Source: a virus
Lineage: Duplodnaviria; Caudoviricetes
IMG/VR virus record: IMGVR_UViG_3300025296_003001
Location: 1 to 32,117 of that record
Direction: 5' to 3' (one strand)
DNA: 32,117 bases
Shown: positions 24,547 through 32,117 of the stretch, in pieces
Layout of the letters: every line of letters starts with the position of its first letter
Position numbering within the stretch: the stretch's first letter is position 1
Made by a program: the position numbers and the translations under genes
Notes under the pieces: generated by a model
The model's input: the letters and a program-made list of their open reading frames with translations, nothing else
Database searches by the model: none
What the model was told of the DNA's origin: nothing

Positions 24547-26327
24547 TGGCTACGCTGGAGCAGCTTGAGCGCGGGATTCGCGCAGCGGACAAGGCGGGCA
24601 ACGCAGAGGATGTACGCCGCCTCGGCGCTGAGTACCGACGCATGCAGCGCGAGCAGCAAGAGCCATCCGAAGCGGGCACGACTGCAGAAAAGCGGCAGTT
24701 GCGGCCAGAGCAATTTGGAGACATCGGGGGCTTCCAGGTGCCCAATGAGCTTGAAGGTGATAGCACCGCCGCCGGGCGGTTCAAGGTAGCCGCAGGTCTG
24801 ATGAGCACCAATGATCCCGATAGACAAATGCGCATCATCGCCCAAGAATTCCCGGGGGTTGCCTTCGATAAAGACGAAGAGGGCAATTTCATAGTTGACG
24901 CCCGAGCTATTGGTGGCACGCGCGGTTATCTAAACGAGCCCGGCCTGGATAGTCGTGACGCCATTAAATTCGCCGGTAATGTGCTGTCGTTCTTGCCAGC
25001 CGGCAGAGTGGCCGGCGCCGGAAGCCTTGCGATGCAAGGCGCCCGGGTTGGTGCTGCATCTGGAGCAACGCAGGGCTTGATGGACCTCGGAAACCAAGCC
25101 CTGGGCGGCACCAGCGAAGTGTCGGTGGGCAATATTAATCCCGCTGAGGTGGCCGCTGCAGCAGTGGGCGGCGGGGCCGGGCAGGTCGTTGGATCGAAGA
25201 TTGGCGGGACTGTCGCCAGGGGCTTAGAGCGACGGGCGGTAAACAAGCAGCTTCAGGCTGCCGCCCCCTCGACAGATGCGCTCAAGGGCGCCTCGCGAGA
25301 CATCTATGCGGAACTCGACAACATGGGCGTGAGCATCGATCAGCCCGCAGTTGGCCGGCTGGGCCAGCGTGTGATCAATCGCATGAAGAGTGAGGGATTT
25401 CATCCTCAAATTCATCCCAAGGTGTCTGGCGCCCTCAAAGGTTTTATGGATACCGCCAAGAAATCCCCAACACTCACGGAAATGCAGACGCTTCGGAAGA
25501 TTGCCCAAAGCGCCGCCCAGAGCAACGAGCCGGCCGAGGCGCGCCTTGGTGCCATGCTGGTGGATGAGGTGGACAACTTCATCGAAAACGTGCCGGCCGG
25601 AGCGGTCAAGGGTGTTGATAATGGTGCCGAGGTCGCCGGCAAGCTTAAAGAGGCGCGTAGCCTTTGGGGGCGAGCAAAAAAATCCGAAATGCTTAGTCAG
25701 GCAGTGGATAAGGCTCAAAACCAGGCAAGCGGGTTCGAGAATGGCCTTAGGGTCCAGTTCCGATCGCTTCTGAATAACCCCCGCAAAATGCGCGGGTTTA
25801 CAGGCGAGGAGAAAGACGCAATTCGCAAGGTTGTGCAGGGCGGAAAGCCAGAGAATGTGTTGCGAGCGATGGGGAAGCTGGGATTCAGCACCGATCAGTC
25901 GAGCAGCATGCTATTGGCGACGCTGGGGATTGGCGGTGGCGCCGCCATCGGCGGCACCCCGGGCGCCATGGCGGTTCCAGCGCTGGGCACCCTCGCACGG
26001 CAACAGGCTGAGCGCATTACTCGGCAAAATGCGGGTTTGGCGGACGCCCTTACAAGGGCCGGAAAGGATGGCAAGGCCATTGCTGCGGCATATTTGCGGA
26101 ATGTGCCCAAGAAGGATCGCAGTATTGACGAGCTAACAGGGCTTTTGCTCCGAGAAGGCACAAACTGGCAATCGGCCGGCAGGGTTGGAGACAAACTGGC
26201 CAAGGACGCCTCATTCGCCGCGAATATCATCTCTGCGGTCGGCGCCTCGGCCGGGGAAGGGGTCGGGTCCATACCACCAGTTGGTGATCAGTTTGATGGC
26301 GACGCCGAGGATACCAACAGCCGCTAG
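24546..26327 (+). CDS. DNA ejection protein (gp16-like position)
   Basis: 593 aa, G/A-rich hydrophobic segments; third ejection gene before immI. Confidence 0.7.
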   Translation: MATLEQLERGIRAADKAGNAEDVRRLGAEYRRMQREQQEPSEAGTTAEKRQLRPEQFGDIGGFQVPNELEGDSTAAGRFKVAAGLMSTNDPDRQMRIIAQEFPGVAFDKDEEGNFIVDARAIGGTRGYLNEPGLDSRDAIKFAGNVLSFLPAGRVAGAGSLAMQGARVGAASGATQGLMDLGNQALGGTSEVSVGNINPAEVAAAAVGGGAGQVVGSKIGGTVARGLERRAVNKQLQAAAPSTDALKGASRDIYAELDNMGVSIDQPAVGRLGQRVINRMKSEGFHPQIHPKVSGALKGFMDTAKKSPTLTEMQTLRKIAQSAAQSNEPAEARLGAMLVDEVDNFIENVPAGAVKGVDNGAEVAGKLKEARSLWGRAKKSEMLSQAVDKAQNQASGFENGLRVQFRSLLNNPRKMRGFTGEEKDAIRKVVQGGKPENVLRAMGKLGFSTDQSSSMLLATLGIGGGAAIGGTPGAMAVPALGTLARQQAERITRQNAGLADALTRAGKDGKAIAAAYLRNVPKKDRSIDELTGLLLREGTNWQSAGRVGDKLAKDASFAANIISAVGASAGEGVGSIPPVGDQFDGDAEDTNSR

Positions 26328-26426
26328 CGTGACCAGGCCCTGCACGATGGCAGAGGACCCCCAGACCATATAGCAAATGGCAAGTATGCAGGTATAGAAG
26401 ACTATCTGCTGGAGAGCGGGGCTCAT
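26211..26426 (-). CDS. Two-TM membrane protein (71 aa), convergent with and overlapping the gp16-like gene
   Basis: ATGA coupling to the lipoprotein stop, GGGGAG RBS, two hydrophobic segments. Confidence 0.65.
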   Translation of the reverse strand: MSPALQQIVFYTCILAICYMVWGSSAIVQGLVTLAAVGILGVAIKLITNWWYGPDPFPGRGADRRDDIRGE

Positions 26427-26935
26427 TTTGCTTGCGACTCCCCAATGCTGGGCTCGCCGGGATGCGAATATCTATCACACTTCCCGGCAGCAGAGGCGGT
26501 CACCACAGCGGACATGCCGCTGTCCCCAGAGGGCCAGTTCGCATTGATGCAATTCTCCCAGGCGGTGCGGCGTTCCGTTATTTGGCGCCAGCCGCGCTCA
26601 TACATGCACCCGCGAATGGTGGTTTGCATGACGCGGGCTTGCATGGCGGTTTGGGCATTCATGGAGTTGATGAGCGCCGCCTGCATGTATGTTTCGCTGA
26701 AGTCGCCCGGATCTCGGGGGCCGGATGATGAATAGGCGATGGCGGTGTTGCCCCCTGAGCCTGCCGCTACCTTTACGCCCTCTGACTCACAGATGGCAAG
26801 GTCGGACTCGAAAAGTCTTTGCTGTTCGGAATATGGCAGGTCATCGCGGGTCCACACGACGCTGGCACTGGGTTCGTATTTTGTGGCGCAGCCAGCCAGC
26901 CCCAGAAATATGACAGTAGGCAATACTCTGTACAT
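26423..26935 (-). CDS. Lipoprotein (170 aa) at the sieA-like position
   Basis: Lipobox LAGC; D...C and CM..RGW motif; GGGGGA RBS. Confidence 0.8.
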   Translation of the reverse strand: MYRVLPTVIFLGLAGCATKYEPSASVVWTRDDLPYSEQQRLFESDLAICESEGVKVAAGSGGNTAIAYSSSGPRDPGDFSETYMQAALINSMNAQTAMQARVMQTTIRGCMYERGWRQITERRTAWENCINANWPSGDSGMSAVVTASAAGKCDRYSHPGEPSIGESQAK

Positions 26936-26983
26936 TGCTTCCCCCCTGCGATGCGCTCAGGTCTGATCGGCCTCAAAAGATCG

Positions 26984-27208
26984 CTAACGCTTGGACCCTT
27001 CCGCCTCGGTGATAAGTGTGTCCAGAGCGGCAATGATTCGCTGTTTGGCCTGCTCGGGAGTCATCGTTTCTCGATAGAAGCTATCTTCAAGCCGAGCAAC
27101 GACCTCCGCTGTCATTGACCGGTGGTTTTGCTGTGCGGCGGCCTTGAGCTTGTCCCTAAGGTCCGCCGGCAGGCGCAAATTGGCCTGAACTTCGTCTCTA
27201 CTCTTCAT
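26984..27208 (-). CDS. mnt: Mnt-like Arc-family (RHH) repressor
   Basis: QANLRLPADLRDKL..AA..NHRSMTAEVVARLE; divergent from arc. Confidence 0.85.
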   Translation of the reverse strand: MKSRDEVQANLRLPADLRDKLKAAAQQNHRSMTAEVVARLEDSFYRETMTPEQAKQRIIAALDTLITEAEGSKR

Positions 27209-27218
27209 GGCGCGAAAA

Positions 27219-27284
27219 TGAAGCATTTTGCTGTTGCAGGCAATAAAGCGGTTTGCTACATTGGTATTGAAGCTAAATGCTTCA
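27219..27284 (+). promoter_or_regulatory. Pant promoter and three Arc/Mnt-type operators (TGAAGC-N5-GCTTCA)
   Basis: Perfect site 27268-27284, variants 27219-27235 and 27244-27260; TTGCAG(27234)-17-TACATT(27257). Confidence 0.75.
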
Positions 27285-27304
27285 CTGACCAAAAGGGAGG
27301 TGTT

Positions 27305-27472
27305 ATGGATCAAATTCAGCGGCAGCAGATGAACCTGAGGGTCCCGGGCGACCTCAAAACCGCGATTTCCCAGGCATCGAGGGAAAACCAAAGGACCCTA
27401 AACGCAGAGGCGGTAATGCTGATGAAGGAGGGCCTGAAATGGCGCGAGCAGAGAGAAAAGGCGACAGCCTGA
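27305..27472 (+). CDS. arc: Arc-like repressor (55 aa)
   Basis: QMNLRVPGDLK...S..NQRTLNAE; GGGAGG RBS. Confidence 0.85.
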   Translation: MDQIQRQQMNLRVPGDLKTAISQASRENQRTLNAEAVMLMKEGLKWREQREKATA

Positions 27473-27541
27473 AAGACGAAACCCCCGGTGCTGGAACACC
27501 GAGGGCTTCTAATTCCAACAGCAAAGCTGAGGAACCTGACA
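27472..27541 (-). ncRNA. sar: Sar-like antisense RNA (about 70 nt) against the antirepressor RBS
   Basis: Minus-strand TTGCTG(27576-27571)-17-TAGCAT(27553-27548); 13-bp hairpin 27478-27509 pairs fully (two G-U) only on the minus strand, then a U-rich tail. Confidence 0.7.
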
Positions 27542-28383
27542 TGAGCAATGCTAACGCAAGAACTTATCCACAGCAAGACACTGCCCAGGTAATCCCGTTC
27601 GACTTTCGGTCGGCAGAGGTGCGGGCCGTGGTGACCGAGGATGGGGAGCCGTGGTTTGTGCTGGATGACGTTGCACCAGCCTTGGGATACACCCGAAGTC
27701 GCAACGCAGCCCGCATTCTGGATGATGATGAGAAGGGGGCTCACAATGTGAGCACCCCTGGCGGCGCCCAGAAAATGACCACCTTGAACGAATCAGGGGT
27801 CTATCACCTTTGCTTCAAATCCCGGCGCCCTGAGGCACAGGCTTTCCGGAAGTGGGTGACCGCCGAAGTGCTACCGGCGATCCGGAAAACCGGCCGGTAC
27901 GAAATGCCTGCAGAAATGCTTACCGCCGGCCAGAAGGGCCACATCGTGCGCAGCGTGAAGGATGTGGTGGCCAAGACGGGCAAGCACTTCCAGACCGTTT
28001 ACCACGGCATCAACGAGGCTTTTGGGGTGGCGACCTATAAGGACATCCCGGCAGCCCGCTATCCGGAGCTTTGCCGCCACCTGGGCGTTGCCCCGCTGGA
28101 GGGCGAGTGGCTGCCGGCCCAGGGCCAAGAAGGTTTGGCCGATGGCGTCAGCCTGAACGACATGCTGGGCGTCGTGGCCCACATGGAATGGATCGACAAG
28201 GCCTGGGACGAACTCGGCCCGGCGCTTCGCGGTTTGGGGTCGCCCTGGGCCGGCCGGATGCACGATCACGTCAGGGATGGCGCTCTGTTCGCCGGCTCAC
28301 TCCGGCGACGCCACGGCGACGAAATGCAGCGGGAGCGCCAGCGAATCGCCGAAATCGGTCGGGGGATGCGAGACATCGCCTGA
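27541..28383 (+). CDS. ant: Antirepressor (BRO-N + ORF6C-like domain)
   Basis: FDF....VR....GEPWFV..DV..ALGY, LNESGVY.L.F.SR.PEA..FRKWVT.EVLPAIRKTG.Y. Confidence 0.9.
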   Translation: MSNANARTYPQQDTAQVIPFDFRSAEVRAVVTEDGEPWFVLDDVAPALGYTRSRNAARILDDDEKGAHNVSTPGGAQKMTTLNESGVYHLCFKSRRPEAQAFRKWVTAEVLPAIRKTGRYEMPAEMLTAGQKGHIVRSVKDVVAKTGKHFQTVYHGINEAFGVATYKDIPAARYPELCRHLGVAPLEGEWLPAQGQEGLADGVSLNDMLGVVAHMEWIDKAWDELGPALRGLGSPWAGRMHDHVRDGALFAGSLRRRHGDEMQRERQRIAEIGRGMRDIA

Positions 28384-28403
28384 TCAGCCCATACGACCAG
28401 CAC

Positions 28404-28427
28404 AGCCCGCCACCCGGCGGGCTTTTT
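28404..28427 (+). terminator. Intrinsic terminator after ant
   Basis: AGCCCGCC/GGCGGGCT stem + T5. Confidence 0.85.
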
Positions 28428-28446
28428 CGATTCTGGAGACCTGAAA

Positions 28447-29913
28447 ATGCCCTCACGCCTGGACAACCCGCTGAACGGGTACTTCCTCCGCGACAAGCAC
28501 GGCGCCTTGCTGCCGGGCGGGACGATGGAGTTCTACGAGGACGGGACGGACACGCCGTCGAACGTCTACGCCCCGGAGGACCTGGGAACGCCACTGGGAT
28601 ATGTGATCGAGGCGGACGCCTACGGGCTTATGCCCGACTTCAGCCTGATGCCGAACCAGGATTACACCGTGCGGGTTTACGACGCCGACGGCGCTTTCCA
28701 GTGGAGCCGGGGCGGGGTGGCGAACAACATCGTCAACCTTGAGGACCGGGTGCGCGATCTCGAATCCGCGGTGAGCACCCTGGGCACCGATAGCGGCCCG
28801 AAGAACCTGCTCACCAACGGCGGCTGCAAGGCGCGCCGGTTTGCCTCCAGGGGCGCCACTTTTCCGGTGCGCGAGAACTGGGCGCTGGGCGAGCTGTCCG
28901 GCATCTTCGCCCAGGTGGGCAGCGCCACGGCCGGCACCTTCCATCGCCACCTGGACGCCGATTTCGGCAATACGGGCGTCTGCGCACGGCTGGACAACGT
29001 CACCACCAGCAGCAGCGAGGCTCAGGCCGAGGTGATGTGGCGCATGCCCTCCGGCGACGGCGCCAATATCAGCGGCGATGACGTGGTGTTCCAGGCCAAG
29101 GTGCGCCAGAACAGCGGCTCGCCGATGAACGTCTTCCTGACGCTGTACAAGTGCCTCACGGCGGATGATTTCGATGGCGACCTGGTGACCATTGCGGCGA
29201 GCTCGCCGATGTCGGTATCCAGCGGCGAAGAGCTGACCCTGTCCCTTCCGATTGAGAACCCGGGTGACCTGTCCACCGGCGTGGCCGTGGTGGTGACCTT
29301 CGACTGCGGCATCGTCGAAAACACCAACATGGACGCCGGCGAAGCCCAGCTGGAGCGCGGCACCGTCGCCACTCAGTTCGAGAACCGCCCGGAGCTGATC
29401 GATAAAGCCGCCTGGTCCGAAGAGGATCTGGACGGCGTGGGGGTGATTGAGTGGTATTCCGCCACCTCGCCGCCGCCCGGCCGCTTGGTCTGCACCGACG
29501 ATGAGCTGCTGCGGGCCGACTATCCGCGCCTCTGGTACGCCGCGCAGACCTATTTCGAGGTGGTCAGCGATGCGGAATACCTGGGCGACAGCGAGACCGA
29601 CCGGCGGGGCTGTTTCAGCTCGGGCGACGGCTCCACCACCTTTCGGGTGCCAGACCTGATCACCCGGAAGGCCCACATCCGCGCACTGGATCCCGCCGAC
29701 GCCGAACGCGACCCGGGTGAATTTCAGGCCGACCAATACCCCGAACACACCCACGGCGTGCCCATCGGCGACAACATCACGGAAGGCAATGAGCCTGGCA
29801 ACAACGCGGTTAGCACCACGGGCAGCGCAATTACCCAAGATGTCAGCGCAGCCGGCACCGGCACCGAGGTGCGCGTCGCCAACTACAACCTTCTTCCCTG
29901 CATCAAATACTGA
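28447..29913 (+). CDS. Tail fibre with podovirus head-binding-type N-terminus, carbohydrate-binding-like middle and C-terminal collar domain
   Basis: G..L.GG...FY..GT.TP..VY; KNLLTNG; RADYPRLW...GDGSTTFRVPDL; EHTH. Confidence 0.8.
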   Translation: MPSRLDNPLNGYFLRDKHGALLPGGTMEFYEDGTDTPSNVYAPEDLGTPLGYVIEADAYGLMPDFSLMPNQDYTVRVYDADGAFQWSRGGVANNIVNLEDRVRDLESAVSTLGTDSGPKNLLTNGGCKARRFASRGATFPVRENWALGELSGIFAQVGSATAGTFHRHLDADFGNTGVCARLDNVTTSSSEAQAEVMWRMPSGDGANISGDDVVFQAKVRQNSGSPMNVFLTLYKCLTADDFDGDLVTIAASSPMSVSSGEELTLSLPIENPGDLSTGVAVVVTFDCGIVENTNMDAGEAQLERGTVATQFENRPELIDKAAWSEEDLDGVGVIEWYSATSPPPGRLVCTDDELLRADYPRLWYAAQTYFEVVSDAEYLGDSETDRRGCFSSGDGSTTFRVPDLITRKAHIRALDPADAERDPGEFQADQYPEHTHGVPIGDNITEGNEPGNNAVSTTGSAITQDVSAAGTGTEVRVANYNLLPCIKY

Positions 29914-29921
29914 GGTGGCCC

Positions 29922-31502
29922 ATGTATAAGATCGACGGAAAGAACGCAACGGAAGACGGCCAGTTTCGGGAGTATGACCCGGCCACCGGGCAGGGCGCGA
30001 CCTATATCACTGCCGACTGGCTCAACGCGGTGCAGGGTGAACTGATAGGTATTCTTCTGGCCGCAGACATAGAGCCGTCCAAGGCCACGAATGGCCAGGT
30101 TCTGGCGGCCCTGGAGCAGCTTTTTGCTTCCAAGCAGCTTCTTGCTGGAGAGGGTGGCGCGGATCTGGTCGGCTACGGAAGCGGGACCGTGGGCTCGGCG
30201 CTCGCGAGTCTCGCGGACTCCATCTTGGGTGCACTGACTGGGGGCGCTCCGATTTACGAGAGCGCAGCGGCAGGCATCGCGGATACAGCGGAGGGAGAAT
30301 ACTTCAACGTTGTTTCATCAGACCCCAATGTCGCCCTGATCCTGTACAGGCATGGTGCCGGCGACGTGGCGATAGAGGAGAAGAAAACAGCCAGCAATGA
30401 AGCCTGGAACGAAACCACCGACATGGCCTCTCAGGGCGCCAGGCTTGTGGGCGGATATGCCTCGGTACGCCAGATTAACGGTATTGATTACCTGCTTTGC
30501 ATTGAAGATGTGAACGGCATTCTCCGGGTAATCGAGGAATCAACTGGATCTGACTTTAAGGATTACGCCGCACTCAATTCAGATAAGGAAGTGGCATCGT
30601 CGCTTTCTCTCGACGACTACCCGGAAATGGTGAAATGCGTCCTTGATGCCAATGGGGTGCTTCGAGTGGTATACCGCCTTGACGCCAATGAAGGAGCGGA
30701 TCACTACAGCGAAAGCGACAGCGTTTTTACCCCTACGCCCACCGAGTATGTCGTTTTCCTGGTTGCTGGTCAGTCGAATGCACATGGCTCCAGCCGCGAT
30801 CCCGAGAACAGCCCCGTTCCTCGCCCCGGGTGGGCATACCATTGGAACGGAACGGACCTGTCTCCGCTGCAAGATCCCTGGGCAACCGCTGCCTACGGGT
30901 CCGCATGGCCATCCTTTGCGATCAAATTCACGGAGCTGACCGGCAAAGGGGCGATCATGATCGACGCCGCTACCGGTGGGACCGCCATGGTTCCGGACGC
31001 AGACATCGGGAATGGCTACTGGGGCGGCACTGGTGGCGGGCTGCGCGAGGCGGCGGTATCCGACCTGAACGCCTGCCTAGCCTATCTTCGGGGGGCTGGA
31101 TACGCCTACCAGTTCGGCGGCGTCCTATGGTCTCAGGGCGAGCGAGACGCGCAGTCTATCGATGCTTCCACAATCACCCGGACCGAGTATGAGACGGCCT
31201 GGTCGGATTTCATGGCCTACATGCGGGGCCAGATTGGCTCGTTCTGGCCGCTGGTGGTGTCCCGCACAGGCACCGCTGACTCTGGCGACACAGCTGGGTT
31301 CCAGGCAATCCGTGACGCCCAGGACACCCTCTGCGCGGGCGACCAGTTTGTCCTGATGGGTTTCACCGGCGCCGTGAACTTCCCCGCGCTGGGGATGATG
31401 TACGACGAATTGCACTATGACCAGGCGGGCCTCAACAAAATGGGCGAAGCCATGGCCCAGTCATGCGCTCAAATGAGCGCATCCACATCCATTGCCGTGT
31501 AG
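29922..31502 (+). CDS. Tail fibre/tailspike with SGNH (SASA, sialate O-acetylesterase-like) domain
   Basis: N-terminal ATYITADWLNAVQGEL fibre motif; AGQSNA, WSQGERD, DELHY catalytic blocks. Confidence 0.85.
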   Translation: MYKIDGKNATEDGQFREYDPATGQGATYITADWLNAVQGELIGILLAADIEPSKATNGQVLAALEQLFASKQLLAGEGGADLVGYGSGTVGSALASLADSILGALTGGAPIYESAAAGIADTAEGEYFNVVSSDPNVALILYRHGAGDVAIEEKKTASNEAWNETTDMASQGARLVGGYASVRQINGIDYLLCIEDVNGILRVIEESTGSDFKDYAALNSDKEVASSLSLDDYPEMVKCVLDANGVLRVVYRLDANEGADHYSESDSVFTPTPTEYVVFLVAGQSNAHGSSRDPENSPVPRPGWAYHWNGTDLSPLQDPWATAAYGSAWPSFAIKFTELTGKGAIMIDAATGGTAMVPDADIGNGYWGGTGGGLREAAVSDLNACLAYLRGAGYAYQFGGVLWSQGERDAQSIDASTITRTEYETAWSDFMAYMRGQIGSFWPLVVSRTGTADSGDTAGFQAIRDAQDTLCAGDQFVLMGFTGAVNFPALGMMYDELHYDQAGLNKMGEAMAQSCAQMSASTSIAV

Positions 31503-31511
31503 GAGAACAAC

Positions 31512-32117
31512 ATGGGCAACGTAATTACCCTGAATGGCACCGTGCCTTCCGACAGTGTCTTGCCGCGCTTCTCAGACCTTTATCCGAACCTGATTGCCCC
31601 CAATCAAATTATTGCCAACGATTCCCTGGAACGGACGCCAACCGTCGACATCACAGACTCCAGCATTGACGGCGCCTGGGCGGAGATTGTTGGCGGCTTT
31701 TCGGCGCAGAGTGATGGCGCCTATGGGGACCTTGATGCGTCGAACATTGCAGTGATCGACTCCAGCAATGCTGACGTTAAGTTCCAGGTCGACGTAGAGC
31801 AGGCCAACAGCCTGGTGGGCATAGCGTTCCGCGTCCAGGACGCCAGCAACTATATCCGGTACGTGGTGGGCAACACGACCAGTGTGCTCCAGGTCGTGAC
31901 AGCGGGGTCGGCAGCGTCCGTAAGCCCCGGTGTTGCACTTGTGGGCTCTGCGCCCCACACACTGAAAGTGGTGGTCTCGGGCAACAGCGTGAAGTGTTTC
32001 GATAATGGCACCCAGACGTTCGCGGCCACGATCCCCGATTTCAATGCCGAGACGCAACACGGCATTTTTAGCGATCGCATCGTGAATAGACTGGCCAATT
32101 TCATTTTGGCCACCTGA
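31512..32117 (+). CDS. Beta-sandwich (lectin-like) tail-associated protein
   Basis: AGGAG RBS; GIAFRVQD..NY, LKVVVSGNSVKCF.NG strand pattern. Confidence 0.6.
   Translation: MGNVITLNGTVPSDSVLPRFSDLYPNLIAPNQIIANDSLERTPTVDITDSSIDGAWAEIVGGFSAQSDGAYGDLDASNIAVIDSSNADVKFQVDVEQANSLVGIAFRVQDASNYIRYVVGNTTSVLQVVTAGSAASVSPGVALVGSAPHTLKVVVSGNSVKCFDNGTQTFAATIPDFNAETQHGIFSDRIVNRLANFILAT

Larger units (their letters stand above)
1..32117. mobile_element. Temperate lambdoid phage/prophage with P22-like virion genes (partial; ends and integrase not in window)
   Basis: Gene order: early-left operon, cI/cro, replication, nin, Q, lysis, terS/terL, portal, scaffold, capsid, tail, ejection proteins, mnt/arc/ant, fibres. 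Confidence 0.97.

Noticed and set aside
27209-27304. LexA box controlling the antirepressor
   Set aside because: No CTGT-N8-ACAG seen; the palindromes are better explained as Arc/Mnt operators.
28447-32117. Diversity-generating retroelement or invertible fibre cassette
   Set aside because: No reverse transcriptase, invertase, TR/VR pair or flanking inverted repeats in the window.

Overview
The whole window is a contiguous piece of a GC-rich, temperate, lambdoid phage or prophage with a P22-like (podovirus) virion module. No integrase, att site or host gene is visible. Left to right: the leftward early operon (Eaa-like modular protein, small outer-membrane beta-protein, SSB-like protein, RecT, small orphans); the immunity region (PL/OL, two genes downstream of cI, cI, OR/PR, cro, cII-like); replication (DUF1376 initiator with internal iterons, P-like loader); a nin-like region (DNA methyltransferase, HNH/Ref-like, RusA, TraR/DksA, Q-like); lysis (M15 endolysin, holin, spanins, two extra membrane genes); terminase, portal, scaffold, capsid, gp4/gp10-like tail and three ejection proteins; a P22 immI-like region (convergent lipoprotein + membrane pair, mnt, arc, antirepressor); and tail fibres, one with an SGNH O-acetylesterase domain. 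The most notable sequence-level observations are: (1) two similarly built antisense sRNA cassettes, one Sar-like with a perfect DnaA box in its promoter and one at the OOP position; (2) a secreted four-strand half beta-barrel with a PagL-like H-x-S motif; (3) two gene pairs, probably lysogen-expressed, at the rexAB and sieA positions that are candidate new exclusion/defence systems; (4) oppositely oriented iteron clusters in the initiator gene. All family assignments come from motif recognition and gene order, not database searches.
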